Shown: positions 1-9,738, numbered from the stretch's first letter. The stretch: DNA of 37,172 bases from Pseudomonadota bacterium (GCA_021848375.1 JAJZUR010000001.1:1-37172); one strand, 5' to 3'. Notes: a model not told the origin generated them from the letters alone. Numbers and translations are program-made.

Positions 1-1836
1 GCGGCTTTCGCATTTTTTGGTCTTACAAATTATTTTTCCTTTAGTAGTGGTTCTCGAAGCGTTGCTGCGACCATTAATGGGGAAAAAATCCTCTGGCCAA
101 CGGTGCAAAAAATGTATGAACAAGTTGCAAGGCGCTATGGCGAGCAAGCTGATGCAAAAGCAATAAAAGAACAAATACTCATGAAAATGGTGGAGCGTTC
201 TGCGCTGATGAGCGAAGCTAAAATTTTAGGGTTTCGGGTAGGTGAGGAACAAATTGCGGGATTTATATCTCAAATAGCCGACTTTCAGGTGGATGGAAAA
301 TTTTCAAAGGATCAGTATTTAAAAGCGTTAGGGCAGGCCTCTTATACGGATGCAAGTTTTAGAAAGGAATTATCGCAAGATGTATTGTTAGGGCAATTTC
401 AGCAGGGTATTGCGCAGTCCAGTTTTATTTTGTCCACAGAATTACAAAACACCGTAGCCTTATTAGATCAAAAACGCGACATTGGTTATATGCAAATTCC
501 AGCGAATAAATATCAAAAAGAAATCAGTATTTCGGCGGATCAAATAAAGGCTTATTATGATGATCACCAATCGAATTTTGTAAAACCAGAACAAGTCGTT
601 TTAGAATATGTTACCTTATCTTTAGACCAATTGGCGAAGCAAGTTAAACCTTCAAAGGAAGAGGTTTTAGCATTTTATCAAGAACATGAAGCAGCCTACA
701 CCACGCCGGAACGAGTTCATGCGCGTCATATTTTATTGATGACTGAGGGAACGGATAAAGAGCAGCTTGCAAAGGCAAAAGAAAAGGCAGATGCCATTGT
801 GGTAGAGTTAAATCAAGGTGCTGATTTTGAAAAGTTAGCGCGTAAAGTGTCAGATGACGCAGGTTCTGCGGAGCAAGGCGGTGATTTGGGGTGGTTTGTG
901 CGCGGGCAAATGGTGCCTGAATTTGAAAAAGCAGTATTTGAAGCGGCACTGTCAGATTCCATTATCGGTCCTGTTCAAACTCAATTTGGCTATCATGTGA
1001 TCCAAGTAGTGGAGCATAAAGTTGCAGCGGTAAGGCCGTTTGAAGAAGTAAAAGAGTTAGTCGAAGCTCAGTTAACCCAGGAAAAGGCGCAATTAAAGTT
1101 TGCAGAGGTCGAAGAACAGTTTGCCAAAGTTGCCTTTGAACAATCTAGCAGTCTCCTCCCGCTGGTTGAGTCTTTTGGCTTAAAGATTAAAGAAGAAACC
1201 ATCAGTCGCATGGCAGGCAAAGAAGGCAGCATTGAATCTCATCCTGAGGTGTTGAAAGTAGCATTTAGCGAAGAATTACTTAAAAAAGGTCATAACAGTG
1301 CACCGATTTCATTGTCTGAAACAGAGACCGCCATTTTTCGAGTCAAAAAACATAGTCCTGCAGAGCAGCAAACCTTGGCGGAAGTCGAAGGGCAGATTAA
1401 AGAACATTTGGTGGCTGAAAAATCAAAAGCGAAAATGAAAGAACTGGGTGAGTTACTGGTAAAAGAGATCCGCAATGGGAAAAAGCCGGAACAATTAGCG
1501 CTCGAACATCAGCTTAAGTGGGTTGTAAAGCATAAAGTTGTACGTACGCCATCAGATACTGATCGTAATTTGGTAACAGCTGCTTTTCAAATGCAGTCAG
1601 AAGAATCTGAAGCCAAGCATCCCAATGTAAAAGGGTTCATTACCCCAACAGGCGATTATTTAGTATTAATGTTAAATAAAGTGCAAGCTGGGGATATCCA
1701 AAAGATGGATGAAACAACGGAACGATCATATCGTCAAGGTCTAACAGAAATCTCGGGTCAACTTGAATATGCGCTTTATGCAAGTCAAGTCCTGCGAGAT
1801 GCTAGAGTTGAATTTTCTAAAGAACCGGGTGCTTAA
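1..1836 (+). CDS. ppiD: Periplasmic chaperone / peptidyl-prolyl isomerase PpiD, 5'-truncated by the window edge
   Basis: Frame 1 is open from nt 1 (AAFAFFGLTNYF...) into ORF 103..1836. It has a parvulin-type block: HARHILL ... GGDLGWFVRGQMVPEFEKAVF ... FGYHVIQV. Confidence 0.85.
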   Translation, partial: AAFAFFGLTNYFSFSSGSRSVAATINGEKILWPTVQKMYEQVARRYGEQADAKAIKEQILMKMVERSALMSEAKILGFRVGEEQIAGFISQIADFQVDGKFSKDQYLKALGQASYTDASFRKELSQDVLLGQFQQGIAQSSFILSTELQNTVALLDQKRDIGYMQIPANKYQKEISISADQIKAYYDDHQSNFVKPEQVVLEYVTLSLDQLAKQVKPSKEEVLAFYQEHEAAYTTPERVHARHILLMTEGTDKEQLAKAKEKADAIVVELNQGADFEKLARKVSDDAGSAEQGGDLGWFVRGQMVPEFEKAVFEAALSDSIIGPVQTQFGYHVIQVVEHKVAAVRPFEEVKELVEAQLTQEKAQLKFAEVEEQFAKVAFEQSSSLLPLVESFGLKIKEETISRMAGKEGSIESHPEVLKVAFSEELLKKGHNSAPISLSETETAIFRVKKHSPAEQQTLAEVEGQIKEHLVAEKSKAKMKELGELLVKEIRNGKKPEQLALEHQLKWVVKHKVVRTPSDTDRNLVTAAFQMQSEESEAKHPNVKGFITPTGDYLVLMLNKVQAGDIQKMDETTERSYRQGLTEISGQLEYALYASQVLRDARVEFSKEPGA

Positions 1837-1844
1837 CTTTCTTG

Positions 1845-1873
1845 TTGACTTTCAGACCCCCGTGTTTGAAAAT
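1845..1873 (+). promoter_or_regulatory. Candidate sigma70 promoter for the pot operon (TTGACT-17 nt-GAAAAT)
   Basis: ttgact at 1845-1850, a 17-nt spacer, then gaaaat at 1868-1873, about 30 nt upstream of the potA ATG. Confidence 0.3.
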
Positions 1874-1905
1874 GACAGTTTAAGTTGATTAACTGCCGGA
1901 CAGAC

Positions 1906-3000
1906 ATGAACAACATAATCGAATTAAAAGGGGTTTCTAAATATTATCACGATCATCCAGTGTTGCAGGATATTGATCTAGAAGTCAAAAATCGTGAATT
2001 TTTAACCATTTTAGGTCCTTCTGGTTGCGGAAAAACAACTTTATTGCGTCTGATTTCTGGATTTGAAACACCGAGTAGCGGCACAATTTTGATGAAAGGA
2101 AAAGATGTTTCAGAGTTGCCTGCGCCCTTACGGCATGTCAACACCGTTTTTCAAAGCTATGCCCTTTTTCCACACATGAATGTGTTTGAGAACGTTGCGT
2201 TTGGTTTACGTTGTCAGCACCTCCCCAAAGACGAAATAGATCATCGGGTGCGCGAGGCATTGCGAATGGTTAAGCTCGAACATTTGATATTACGCAAACC
2301 ACATCAATTAAGCGGGGGACAGCAACAACGTATTGCAATAGCGCGTGCAGTGGTGAATAAGCCATTGGTTTTATTGTTAGATGAACCGTTAAGTTCTTTA
2401 GATTATCGTTTACGTAAAACCATGCAAATGGAATTAAAACAATTACAAAGTGATTTGGGTATCACTTTCATTTTAGTGACACATGATCAAGAAGAAGCAT
2501 TATCGACGGCTGATCGAGTAGTCATTATGAATCATGGATTGATCGAACAAATTGGTACGCCGCGGGCTGTATATGAAGAACCCGAAAATTTACATGTTGC
2601 ACAATTCGTAGGCGAAGTGAATATTTTTAATGCGAAGGTTTTAGCAATTTCTCCTGATACGATTGAGGTGGAGTTTGAGGGTAAGCAGTTTACGTTAAAA
2701 AATAGTAAAAATTTTTCCGAAGCAGAATTCTTGTATATATTATTACGACCCGAAGATTTAGAAGTTTGGGGCGTTAATGAAGTGCAAAATCCAGAAAATA
2801 TGTATTCGGCTAATGTAGTACAAGTAATTTACAAGGGCTCAACGGTAGATTTAATCCTAAAATTAAAATCGGGTACTCAAATTTTAGCGACTCAATTTTT
2901 TAATGAAGATGATGAGAAGTTGGATTTTAGATTGGGTGAATCGGTGTGGGTTTGTTGGCGTTCCGGCTGGGAGGTCATTTTAGCAAATGACACAAGATAA
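1906..3000 (+). CDS. potA: Spermidine/putrescine ABC importer ATPase PotA
   Basis: Walker A GPSGCGKTT, signature LSGGQQQRIAIARA, Walker B LLLDEPLSSLD. Long blocks match my recollection of E. coli PotA (NTVFQSYALFPHMNVFENVAFGLR; FFNEDDEKLDF...WEVILA). ATG 1906 is preferred over TTG 1885. Confidence 0.93.
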   Translation: MNNIIELKGVSKYYHDHPVLQDIDLEVKNREFLTILGPSGCGKTTLLRLISGFETPSSGTILMKGKDVSELPAPLRHVNTVFQSYALFPHMNVFENVAFGLRCQHLPKDEIDHRVREALRMVKLEHLILRKPHQLSGGQQQRIAIARAVVNKPLVLLLDEPLSSLDYRLRKTMQMELKQLQSDLGITFILVTHDQEEALSTADRVVIMNHGLIEQIGTPRAVYEEPENLHVAQFVGEVNIFNAKVLAISPDTIEVEFEGKQFTLKNSKNFSEAEFLYILLRPEDLEVWGVNEVQNPENMYSANVVQVIYKGSTVDLILKLKSGTQILATQFFNEDDEKLDFRLGESVWVCWRSGWEVILANDTR

Positions 3001-3847
3001 ACTCTTTCGTACCTTTTCTACCACTATCGTTTGGTTTTGGTTAAGCGTCTTTGCTCTCGTGCCCAGTTTTTTGTTATTCATGACCAGTCTACTCGTTCAT
3101 GGAGATAGCGAATTAGTTCGATTGCAGTTTACGGTAGATAATTATTTACAGTTATTTAATGCCAATTATCTCAGAGTATTTTTACGTTCTTTTTTGTTGG
3201 CCGGCGCTTGTACTGTGGGATGCTTATTATTAGCCTATCCCTTTAGTTATTTGATTGCCAGATCAGCGGATCGCTATAAAGGGATCTTATTATTATTAGT
3301 CGTTATACCTTTTTGGACCAGTTCACTCATTCGCTCTTATGCGATTGTTGCGATTTTAAAAACTCATGGGATCCTGAATACTTTTTTACTTTGGGTAGGG
3401 ATAATCGATACCCCGATACAAATGTTATATACTGATACTGCGACTTTGATCGGGTTAATTTATACCCTGCTGCCCTTAATGATTTTGCCTTTGTATGCCA
3501 GCATTGAAAAATTAGATACGCGCTTAATTGATGCAGCATGCGATCTTGGCGCTAACAAAATCCAAGTACTTTTAAAAATCCTCTTACCATTAACACTGCC
3601 AGGTATTTTATCGGGTTGTGTTTTGGTGTTTTTACCAGCCATGACTATATTTTATATTCCTGATTTATTAGGGGGTGCTAAAACACTCTTAATTGGCAAT
3701 ATCATTCAAAGTCAATTCCTAGCGGCGCGTAATTGGCCGATGGGAGCAACCATTAGTGTTGCCTTAACGCTTTTAATGAGCATGATGCTCTTTATTTATT
3801 GGCGCTGTTATAAACATAAAAAAGAGCCGATGTATGAATCGTATTAG
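2987..3847 (+). CDS. potB: Spermidine/putrescine ABC permease PotB
   Basis: Polytopic membrane protein with the ABC permease EAA-type loop (IDAACDLGANKIQVLLKILLP). Its start overlaps the potA stop, and its operon position fits. Confidence 0.85.
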   Translation: MTQDKLFRTFSTTIVWFWLSVFALVPSFLLFMTSLLVHGDSELVRLQFTVDNYLQLFNANYLRVFLRSFLLAGACTVGCLLLAYPFSYLIARSADRYKGILLLLVVIPFWTSSLIRSYAIVAILKTHGILNTFLLWVGIIDTPIQMLYTDTATLIGLIYTLLPLMILPLYASIEKLDTRLIDAACDLGANKIQVLLKILLPLTLPGILSGCVLVFLPAMTIFYIPDLLGGAKTLLIGNIIQSQFLAARNWPMGATISVALTLLMSMMLFIYWRCYKHKKEPMYESY

Positions 3848-4604
3848 CAGGTTAGCCTATTTGATGGCAGTTTATTTATTTTTGTATGCGCCTATTTTTG
3901 TATTGGTTGCTTATTCGTTTAATGATTCTTCTTATTCCATGTTGTGGCAAGGGTTTACCTTGCGCTGGTACCACAGTTTGATAGAAAATATCGATCTTCA
4001 GGTAGTTGCTTTTCATTCTTTACTGGTAGGTGTTTTAGCTGCCACAGGTGCGACATCCATTGGCACATTAGCGGCCGTGTCTTTATATCGATATAATTTT
4101 TTTGGAAAAAAATTATTACATGCCCTAATTTTTATTTTGATAATTTCGCCCGATATTGTTATCGGAATTTCCTTGTTGATTCTATTTTCAACCTTAAAAA
4201 TTTCGCTTGGATTTTGGTCCTTGTTATTATCTCACATTACCTTTTGTATTCCCTTTGTGACGGTCACCGTTTATTCACGCCTTGCTGGACAAGATAAAAA
4301 TTTGTTTGAGGCAGCTAAAGATTTAGGCGCAACTGAAGGAACGATCTTTAGGCGTATTTTGATCCCTTTATTATGGCCAGCCATTATTGCAGGATGGCTA
4401 TTGAGTTTTACCCTATCATTAGATGATGTCATTATTAGTTTTTTTGTTACGGGTCCTGAATTTGATATTTTACCCTTGAAGATATTTTCAATGGTAAGAG
4501 TTGGCGTGAAGCCAGAAGTCAATGCCTTATGCTCCGTGTTATTTGGGTTAACGTTAGCGTTAGTGTTAGCTTATCAGTATTGCACTTGGAAAAAACGGTC
4601 ATGA
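3834..4604 (+). CDS. potC: Spermidine/putrescine ABC permease PotC
   Basis: Six-TM-type permease with the EAA loop FEAAKDLGATEGTIFRRILIPL. It overlaps the potB stop and the potD start. Confidence 0.85.
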   Translation: MNRISRLAYLMAVYLFLYAPIFVLVAYSFNDSSYSMLWQGFTLRWYHSLIENIDLQVVAFHSLLVGVLAATGATSIGTLAAVSLYRYNFFGKKLLHALIFILIISPDIVIGISLLILFSTLKISLGFWSLLLSHITFCIPFVTVTVYSRLAGQDKNLFEAAKDLGATEGTIFRRILIPLLWPAIIAGWLLSFTLSLDDVIISFFVTGPEFDILPLKIFSMVRVGVKPEVNALCSVLFGLTLALVLAYQYCTWKKRS

Positions 4605-5647
4605 AAAATGGCAAATTTTTTATTGTTTTGGTGATGTTCTGGTGGATTGTTACGCCTAACCTTTTTGCAAACGACAATATCTTAAATATTTATACCTGGG
4701 CGGGTTATTTGCCAGATTCAGTGATTCAGGCTTTTGAAGCAGAAACTGGAATTCAGGTTAACCATTCTACTTATGTGAATAATGAAGTCTTGTACGCCAA
4801 ATTAAAAGCCAACCCAGATGTGGGATATGATGTGGTGATCCCTTCTACTTATTTTATTAGCCGCATGGTCAAGCAAGATATGTTACAGAAGATAGATAAA
4901 TCCAAGCTATCCCTGTTGAAAAATATCGATCCGGTTTTTCTAAATAAAGAACACGATCCTGAGAATGAATATGGAGTTCCTTATTTGTGGAATAGCACAG
5001 GTATTGCAGTCAATACGCGCTATCATTCAAAGGAAAGTGTATTAGCATGGCGCGATTTATGGAATTCACGTTATAAAAATCAACTATTGATGTTAGATGA
5101 TGCTCGTGAGATTTTTGCGGTGGCGCTGTTAACCTTGGGCTATTCAGTGAATGAAACCAATCCTGTACATATCCAAAGTGCTTTTTTAAAACTGCAGGCG
5201 TTAATGGACAATATCAAATTATTCAATTTAGATGCGCAGCGTTCTATTTATTTAGACGAGGATATTACTCTTGGAATGGGCTGGAATGGCGATATATTTA
5301 TCGCTAAGCAAGAGAATTCTAATCTTGCTTTTATTTATCCAACAGAAGGATATATTGTGGCATTGGATTGCGTTGCTATTCCCAAAGGCGCAAAACATGT
5401 GGAGGCTGCTCATCGATTTATTGATTTTATTTTGCGGGGTTCTGTTGCAAAAGAAATTAGTGAGAGTACAGGGTTTTCGACACCGAATATTGTCGGGAGA
5501 GGGTTGTTACCGGATAACATCCGCAATGATGAAATTTTGTACCCCAACGCCGAAATTTTGAAGCGGGCACATTTGTTGACGGATGTCGGGGAGCTTGCTC
5601 CCCTGTATGAAAAATATTACGAACTTTTAAAACTTGAAACGAGGTAA
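4601..5647 (+). CDS. potD: Periplasmic spermidine/putrescine-binding protein PotD
   Basis: Signal peptide MKNGKFFIVLVMFWWIVTPNLFA. PotD-like blocks: LNIYTWAGYLP, YDVVIPSTYF, IDKSKL, GMGWNGD, LYPNAEIL. The ATG at 4601 forms an ATGA overlap with the potC stop. Confidence 0.9.
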   Translation: MKNGKFFIVLVMFWWIVTPNLFANDNILNIYTWAGYLPDSVIQAFEAETGIQVNHSTYVNNEVLYAKLKANPDVGYDVVIPSTYFISRMVKQDMLQKIDKSKLSLLKNIDPVFLNKEHDPENEYGVPYLWNSTGIAVNTRYHSKESVLAWRDLWNSRYKNQLLMLDDAREIFAVALLTLGYSVNETNPVHIQSAFLKLQALMDNIKLFNLDAQRSIYLDEDITLGMGWNGDIFIAKQENSNLAFIYPTEGYIVALDCVAIPKGAKHVEAAHRFIDFILRGSVAKEISESTGFSTPNIVGRGLLPDNIRNDEILYPNAEILKRAHLLTDVGELAPLYEKYYELLKLETR

Positions 5648-5651
5648 GGAG

Positions 5652-6182
5652 CTAGTCGGAATTAAACGTCTTGCTGATAAATTCGGCTTCTGTTTGGGGT
5701 TGACAAGCGAGAATGCTGTCCACACTTTGGCCAATGGTTGCAGCAGAAACCTTTATGTTAGCAATCAGCGCATTGTGCTCTGGTTCGCTGGCATTGGAAG
5801 CTGCTGTGATAGTTTGTAAGGCATCATCAAACCAGCGCTTTGCTTCGGCTTGGTTTTGCGGAACCCCTTTTGCACACAAATAAAATCGACCAATCTGAAA
5901 TTTGATATTGGCTTGTTCAATTGGGTTTGCAGAAGGAAGATCAGCTCTATATTTTTTCATTGCATTCATATAAAAGGTGTTGGCAAGATCAGCACTGAGA
6001 TGGGCGCTATTGCGGTAATAATCACCCAGTAAACGTTCAGCGCGCGGATCATTAACAGCGGTGACGTAAATACGAACGCCAGTCACAAATAATTCAATAT
6101 GGAATGCGTAAATAAGCCCTATTAAAACAATTAAATAAATAATAAACGGAATGGTAGGGCACTTATTGTTACTTGAAGACAT
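5652..6182 (-). CDS. Membrane-anchored Sel1-like (SLR/TPR-type) repeat protein
   Basis: N-terminal TM helix IPFIIYLIVLIGLIYAF. Sel1-type repeat IGRFYLCAKGVPQNQAEAKRWFDDA plus a weaker one, LLGDYYRNS...AMKKY. ATG 6182 has a GGAGAA SD; the longer ORF start at 6227 is rejected. Confidence 0.6.
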   Translation of the reverse strand: MSSSNNKCPTIPFIIYLIVLIGLIYAFHIELFVTGVRIYVTAVNDPRAERLLGDYYRNSAHLSADLANTFYMNAMKKYRADLPSANPIEQANIKFQIGRFYLCAKGVPQNQAEAKRWFDDALQTITAASNASEPEHNALIANIKVSAATIGQSVDSILACQPQTEAEFISKTFNSD

Positions 6183-6384
6183 AGGTTGTTCTCCATGTAG
6201 TGAGGCAACTAAAACCCATAAAAGCATCTATAACCGAGTTCGTATTTAGTGTATGCAATAATTTACTACTTGACAATTATTCGATTTCAGCGATGATGAT
6301 ACTAGCACTTAGCCCAACCTTGTGTTAGGGTTATTTTTTTATGTAATGTGTTCTCATGAGCCAACGGTTAGGAGGCAAGAATAG

Positions 6385-7818
6385 ATGAAGAGGAAAATGC
6401 ACTCTAAGATAGCGACAGGATTTGTTAGCAGCTTAGCAATGGTTAGCTTAGCTATTAGTGGTAATGCGTTTGCAGACAAGGTGAAACACCAAAATAAAGT
6501 TGCCGCTAAACCAGCAGCAAAGGTTATTCATCATCATCACCGCAAACTCCATAAGTTACATAAAACGGCTGATGGATGGGAATTAGGACAGGGTTGGTTA
6601 TTAACGTCTACCGGTGGGCTTTCTTATGTGCATCCAAATGATGATAGTTATTGGGTTAAGGTCAGTGGTACTGTGCGGTTAGATGAAACCGTATACATGG
6701 GAAATTATAGAGATAAAGGAACAGCCCAATTTCAAAGCGGCGCATTATTGCGTACTGCTGATCTCTATTTAGATGGTGGGCTGGGTAAAAATTGGGAATA
6801 CACTATTTCATTAGATTTTGCTGAGAGTGCGGGTAGCCATTTTGGTTTTGGAGATACCTGGCTAGCTTATTCTGGCTTTATGGAAAATAACCAAGTGTTT
6901 GTTGGGCAGGTGGCCGGCAACTGGTTTGGTTTAGATAATTCCAACAGTACGAGTTGGAATGCGTTTCTAGAAAAAAGTATACAGTCCTCTGCTTTTTATA
7001 TTGGCGATGGACTTGGGGTAATGACCGATTTTTGGTGGGACATGGGAGCAGTTACGTTAGTAGCAATGCAGCCTGAACAGGGCAGCAACGGTATCGCTGG
7101 CGTTCGTGATCGATGGAAAGGGACAGCGCGTGCGACCATTGCACCAAAACATGAAGCAGGTGATGTATGGCACTTTGGTGTTTCAGGCGCATGGCGTGAA
7201 ATGATCAGCTCTTTGAATGGAACCGCTTTTCCAAATGCAGGGAATCCAACCGGCGGTGGGGTAAACTATACCGCGCGGCCACCAGCGCGTAGTCGGAATA
7301 CCGTCGCGTTGTTGAATACTGCCTCGGGTAACGGTGGAGTGGACAGTGTATTAAATGGGCAAAATATTGTGGCCAACAATACTCGTCACTTTAACGTAGA
7401 AGCCGCAAGACAAGTCGGTCCTTTCATGTTAGAGGGCGAATATACGAACGTATTTGTTCACCGCATGTCGGGTTACCTAGGAACTTTAAGATTCTCTGGT
7501 TATAATGTGCAGTCCCGATATCTGTTAACCGGCGAATATCATCAATATGACGTACGTGATGGCCAATTTGGTGCAGTAAATCCGGTTGGTCCTTATGGCG
7601 CATTTGAAATTGCTGCTCGATACGACTTTGTTGACTTAAATAACAAAGACGTTCGGGGGGGCATGGAACATGATGTAACCGTAGGCTTTAATTGGTTTGT
7701 TAATAAACAAGTTCGGTTGTCTATGAATTATGTTCATGCTTCTATTCATCCGGCATTGGATGCTCAGCAACGCAACTTGGACATTATTGGGATGCGGGCT
7801 CAGATCCGGTTTAAATAA
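6385..7818 (+). CDS. Phosphate-selective porin O/P family outer-membrane protein (paralog 1)
   Basis: AGGAGG SD and signal peptide ...AISGNAFA. Beta-barrel-type alternating sequence ending ...MRAQIRFK, with a C-terminal aromatic residue at -2. Shares blocks with the ORF at 15102 (LGxNWFVN..VR...NY..A). Confidence 0.75.
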   Translation: MKRKMHSKIATGFVSSLAMVSLAISGNAFADKVKHQNKVAAKPAAKVIHHHHRKLHKLHKTADGWELGQGWLLTSTGGLSYVHPNDDSYWVKVSGTVRLDETVYMGNYRDKGTAQFQSGALLRTADLYLDGGLGKNWEYTISLDFAESAGSHFGFGDTWLAYSGFMENNQVFVGQVAGNWFGLDNSNSTSWNAFLEKSIQSSAFYIGDGLGVMTDFWWDMGAVTLVAMQPEQGSNGIAGVRDRWKGTARATIAPKHEAGDVWHFGVSGAWREMISSLNGTAFPNAGNPTGGGVNYTARPPARSRNTVALLNTASGNGGVDSVLNGQNIVANNTRHFNVEAARQVGPFMLEGEYTNVFVHRMSGYLGTLRFSGYNVQSRYLLTGEYHQYDVRDGQFGAVNPVGPYGAFEIAARYDFVDLNNKDVRGGMEHDVTVGFNWFVNKQVRLSMNYVHASIHPALDAQQRNLDIIGMRAQIRFK

Positions 7819-7869
7819 CCCCCACCCCAACCCTCCCCCGCAAGCGGTAGAGGGTGTATTTTATCAGAA

Positions 7870-7891
7870 GGGCGGACTCAGCGGTCCGCCC
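7870..7891. terminator. GC-rich hairpin between the convergent porin and xseA genes (possible bidirectional terminator)
   Basis: gggcggac / tcagcg / gtccgccc: an 8-bp perfect stem with a 6-nt loop. A second, weaker stem, accctc...gagggt, lies just upstream. Confidence 0.5.
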
Positions 7892-7899
7892 CTACAGGT

Positions 7900-9084
7900 T
7901 TAATCATTGATTGTCGCTGATATCACCCCATCTTTTACCCTAACCTCTAATAAATCCCCAGCACTCACCTCTTTAATCGTTCGTACAATCATTCCGCTAC
8001 TTTTTAAAGAAACAATGGCGTAGCCTCGATTTAACGTGGCAAGTGGGCTGACCGTTTCTAAAGTCCTTACTGCGTTCGTTAATACGAATGCTTTTTGTTT
8101 TAGGTATTGTCGTATTGCATTGTAAAAACGCGTGCGTAACGAAGTCAGTATAATTATTTGTTGTGCTATTTGGTGTCCTGGATGTCGTATGCGTTTTATC
8201 AGCCAATCTAGACGCTGCGATTCGTGTTGTAGATATTTGGTGATAGCATTAATGAGGCGTGTTTCTAGTTCCAAAAATTGTTTTAACCATTGGCTTTGGA
8301 GCGGAACAACCAATTCAGCTGCTGCAGAAGGGGTGGGAGCGCGTCTATCTCCGACCAAATCCGCAATGGTAAAATCAATTTCATGTCCTATTCCTGTGAC
8401 GATGGGAAGCGTGCTTGCAAAGATAGCTCTTGCTACCATTTCTTCATTAAAAGGCCACAGATCTTCTAGACTGCCGCCTCCGCGCGCTAAGATTAAAATA
8501 TCTGCGGCTTGATGAAAGTTTGCTAATTCAATGGCTTTAACAATTTCAAATTTGGCATCATTACCTTGAACTTTGGTTGGATAGAGAATGATAGGGATCT
8601 GAGGAAAGCGCCGCTGTAGTACGCTTAGAATGTCTCGTATGGCAGCCCCAGTCGGTGAAGTGATAATTCCGATTTGGCGAGGGAGGGTTGGTAGCGGTTT
8701 TTTCCATTTTTCTTCAAAGAGACCTTCTTTTTTTAATGTTGCAACGAGTGCTTCATAGGCCTTCCTCAGCAGACCATCTCCGGCCATTTCCATTTTATCA
8801 ACGATCAATTGATAATCGCCTCGATCTGGATAGAGGCTGACCTTCGCTTCAATTTGCACCAGTAGACCATTTTGGGGCTGAAATGCCAATCCTATTGTGC
8901 GGTTGCGGAACATGGCGCAGCGGATCTGTGCTTTTTGATCTTTTAGGGAAAAATACAAATGTCCGGATGTAGGACGTGCTAAGTTAGATATTTCACCCTC
9001 CACCCAAATGGAAGGAAAGCAGTCCTCTAACAGCTTTTGCGCAGCTAAATTGAGTTCTGATACACTAAATACAACCTTTGACAT
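7900..9084 (-). CDS. xseA: Exodeoxyribonuclease VII large subunit
   Basis: N-terminal OB-fold block VSELN...IWVEGEISNLARPTSGHLYFSLKD. Central block GIITSPTGAAIRDIL...RGGGSLEDLWPFN. Confidence 0.88.
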   Translation of the reverse strand: MSKVVFSVSELNLAAQKLLEDCFPSIWVEGEISNLARPTSGHLYFSLKDQKAQIRCAMFRNRTIGLAFQPQNGLLVQIEAKVSLYPDRGDYQLIVDKMEMAGDGLLRKAYEALVATLKKEGLFEEKWKKPLPTLPRQIGIITSPTGAAIRDILSVLQRRFPQIPIILYPTKVQGNDAKFEIVKAIELANFHQAADILILARGGGSLEDLWPFNEEMVARAIFASTLPIVTGIGHEIDFTIADLVGDRRAPTPSAAAELVVPLQSQWLKQFLELETRLINAITKYLQHESQRLDWLIKRIRHPGHQIAQQIIILTSLRTRFYNAIRQYLKQKAFVLTNAVRTLETVSPLATLNRGYAIVSLKSSGMIVRTIKEVSAGDLLEVRVKDGVISATIND

Positions 9085-9120
9085 ATCCTGACACACTAAT
9101 GATGTTAAAAATTATGTTAA

Positions 9121-9621
<501 letters not shown>

Positions 9622-9624
9622 AAA

Positions 9625-9661
9625 GTTATCCACGAAATATTTGGATATAGCTGTGGATAAC
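9625..9661. promoter_or_regulatory. Inverted repeat carrying two convergent DnaA-box-like 9-mers
   Basis: gttatccac (9625-9633) and gtggataac (9653-9661) form a perfect 9-bp inverted repeat separated by 19 nt. The right arm reads TTATCCACA on the minus strand (perfect DnaA box). The left arm reads TTATCCACg (8/9). Confidence 0.3.
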
Positions 9662-9738
9662 CTGGTGGAAAATGCGTTTGGGCCTTGTTATTCTAAGCTT
9701 CATAGGATTGTTCATTTTTTGTACAGGGAGGTGGGATA

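Noticed and set aside
4548-4571. Tandem hexamer GTTAAC-GTTAGC-GTTAGT-GTTAGC at the potC 3' end.
   Set aside because: It encodes a hydrophobic LTLALVLA stretch of the last TM helix. The unit length is a multiple of 3, so copy changes would stay in frame. This is most simply codon-level repetition of Leu/Ala/Val.
7655-7661. G7 homopolymer inside porin paralog 1 (VRGGMEH), considered as a slipped-strand phase-variation switch for a surface protein.
   Set aside because: Homopolymers of similar or greater length occur in housekeeping genes here: G7/C7 in pth at 21049-21055, A9 in rnhA at 32137-32145 and T9 in ugpQ at 36544-36552. Seven residues is short for efficient slippage, so there is no specific evidence of phase variation.
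8132-8512. Antisense or overlapping shadow ORFs from the six-frame track. Examples: 8132-8512, 20159-20515, 21295-21606, 27435-27839, 33623-34027, 35774-36112, 5271-5561, 29443-29739.
   Set aside because: Each lies entirely within a well-supported gene on the opposite strand or in another frame. They lack SD sequences and recognisable motifs and have skewed, low-complexity composition typical of shadow frames.
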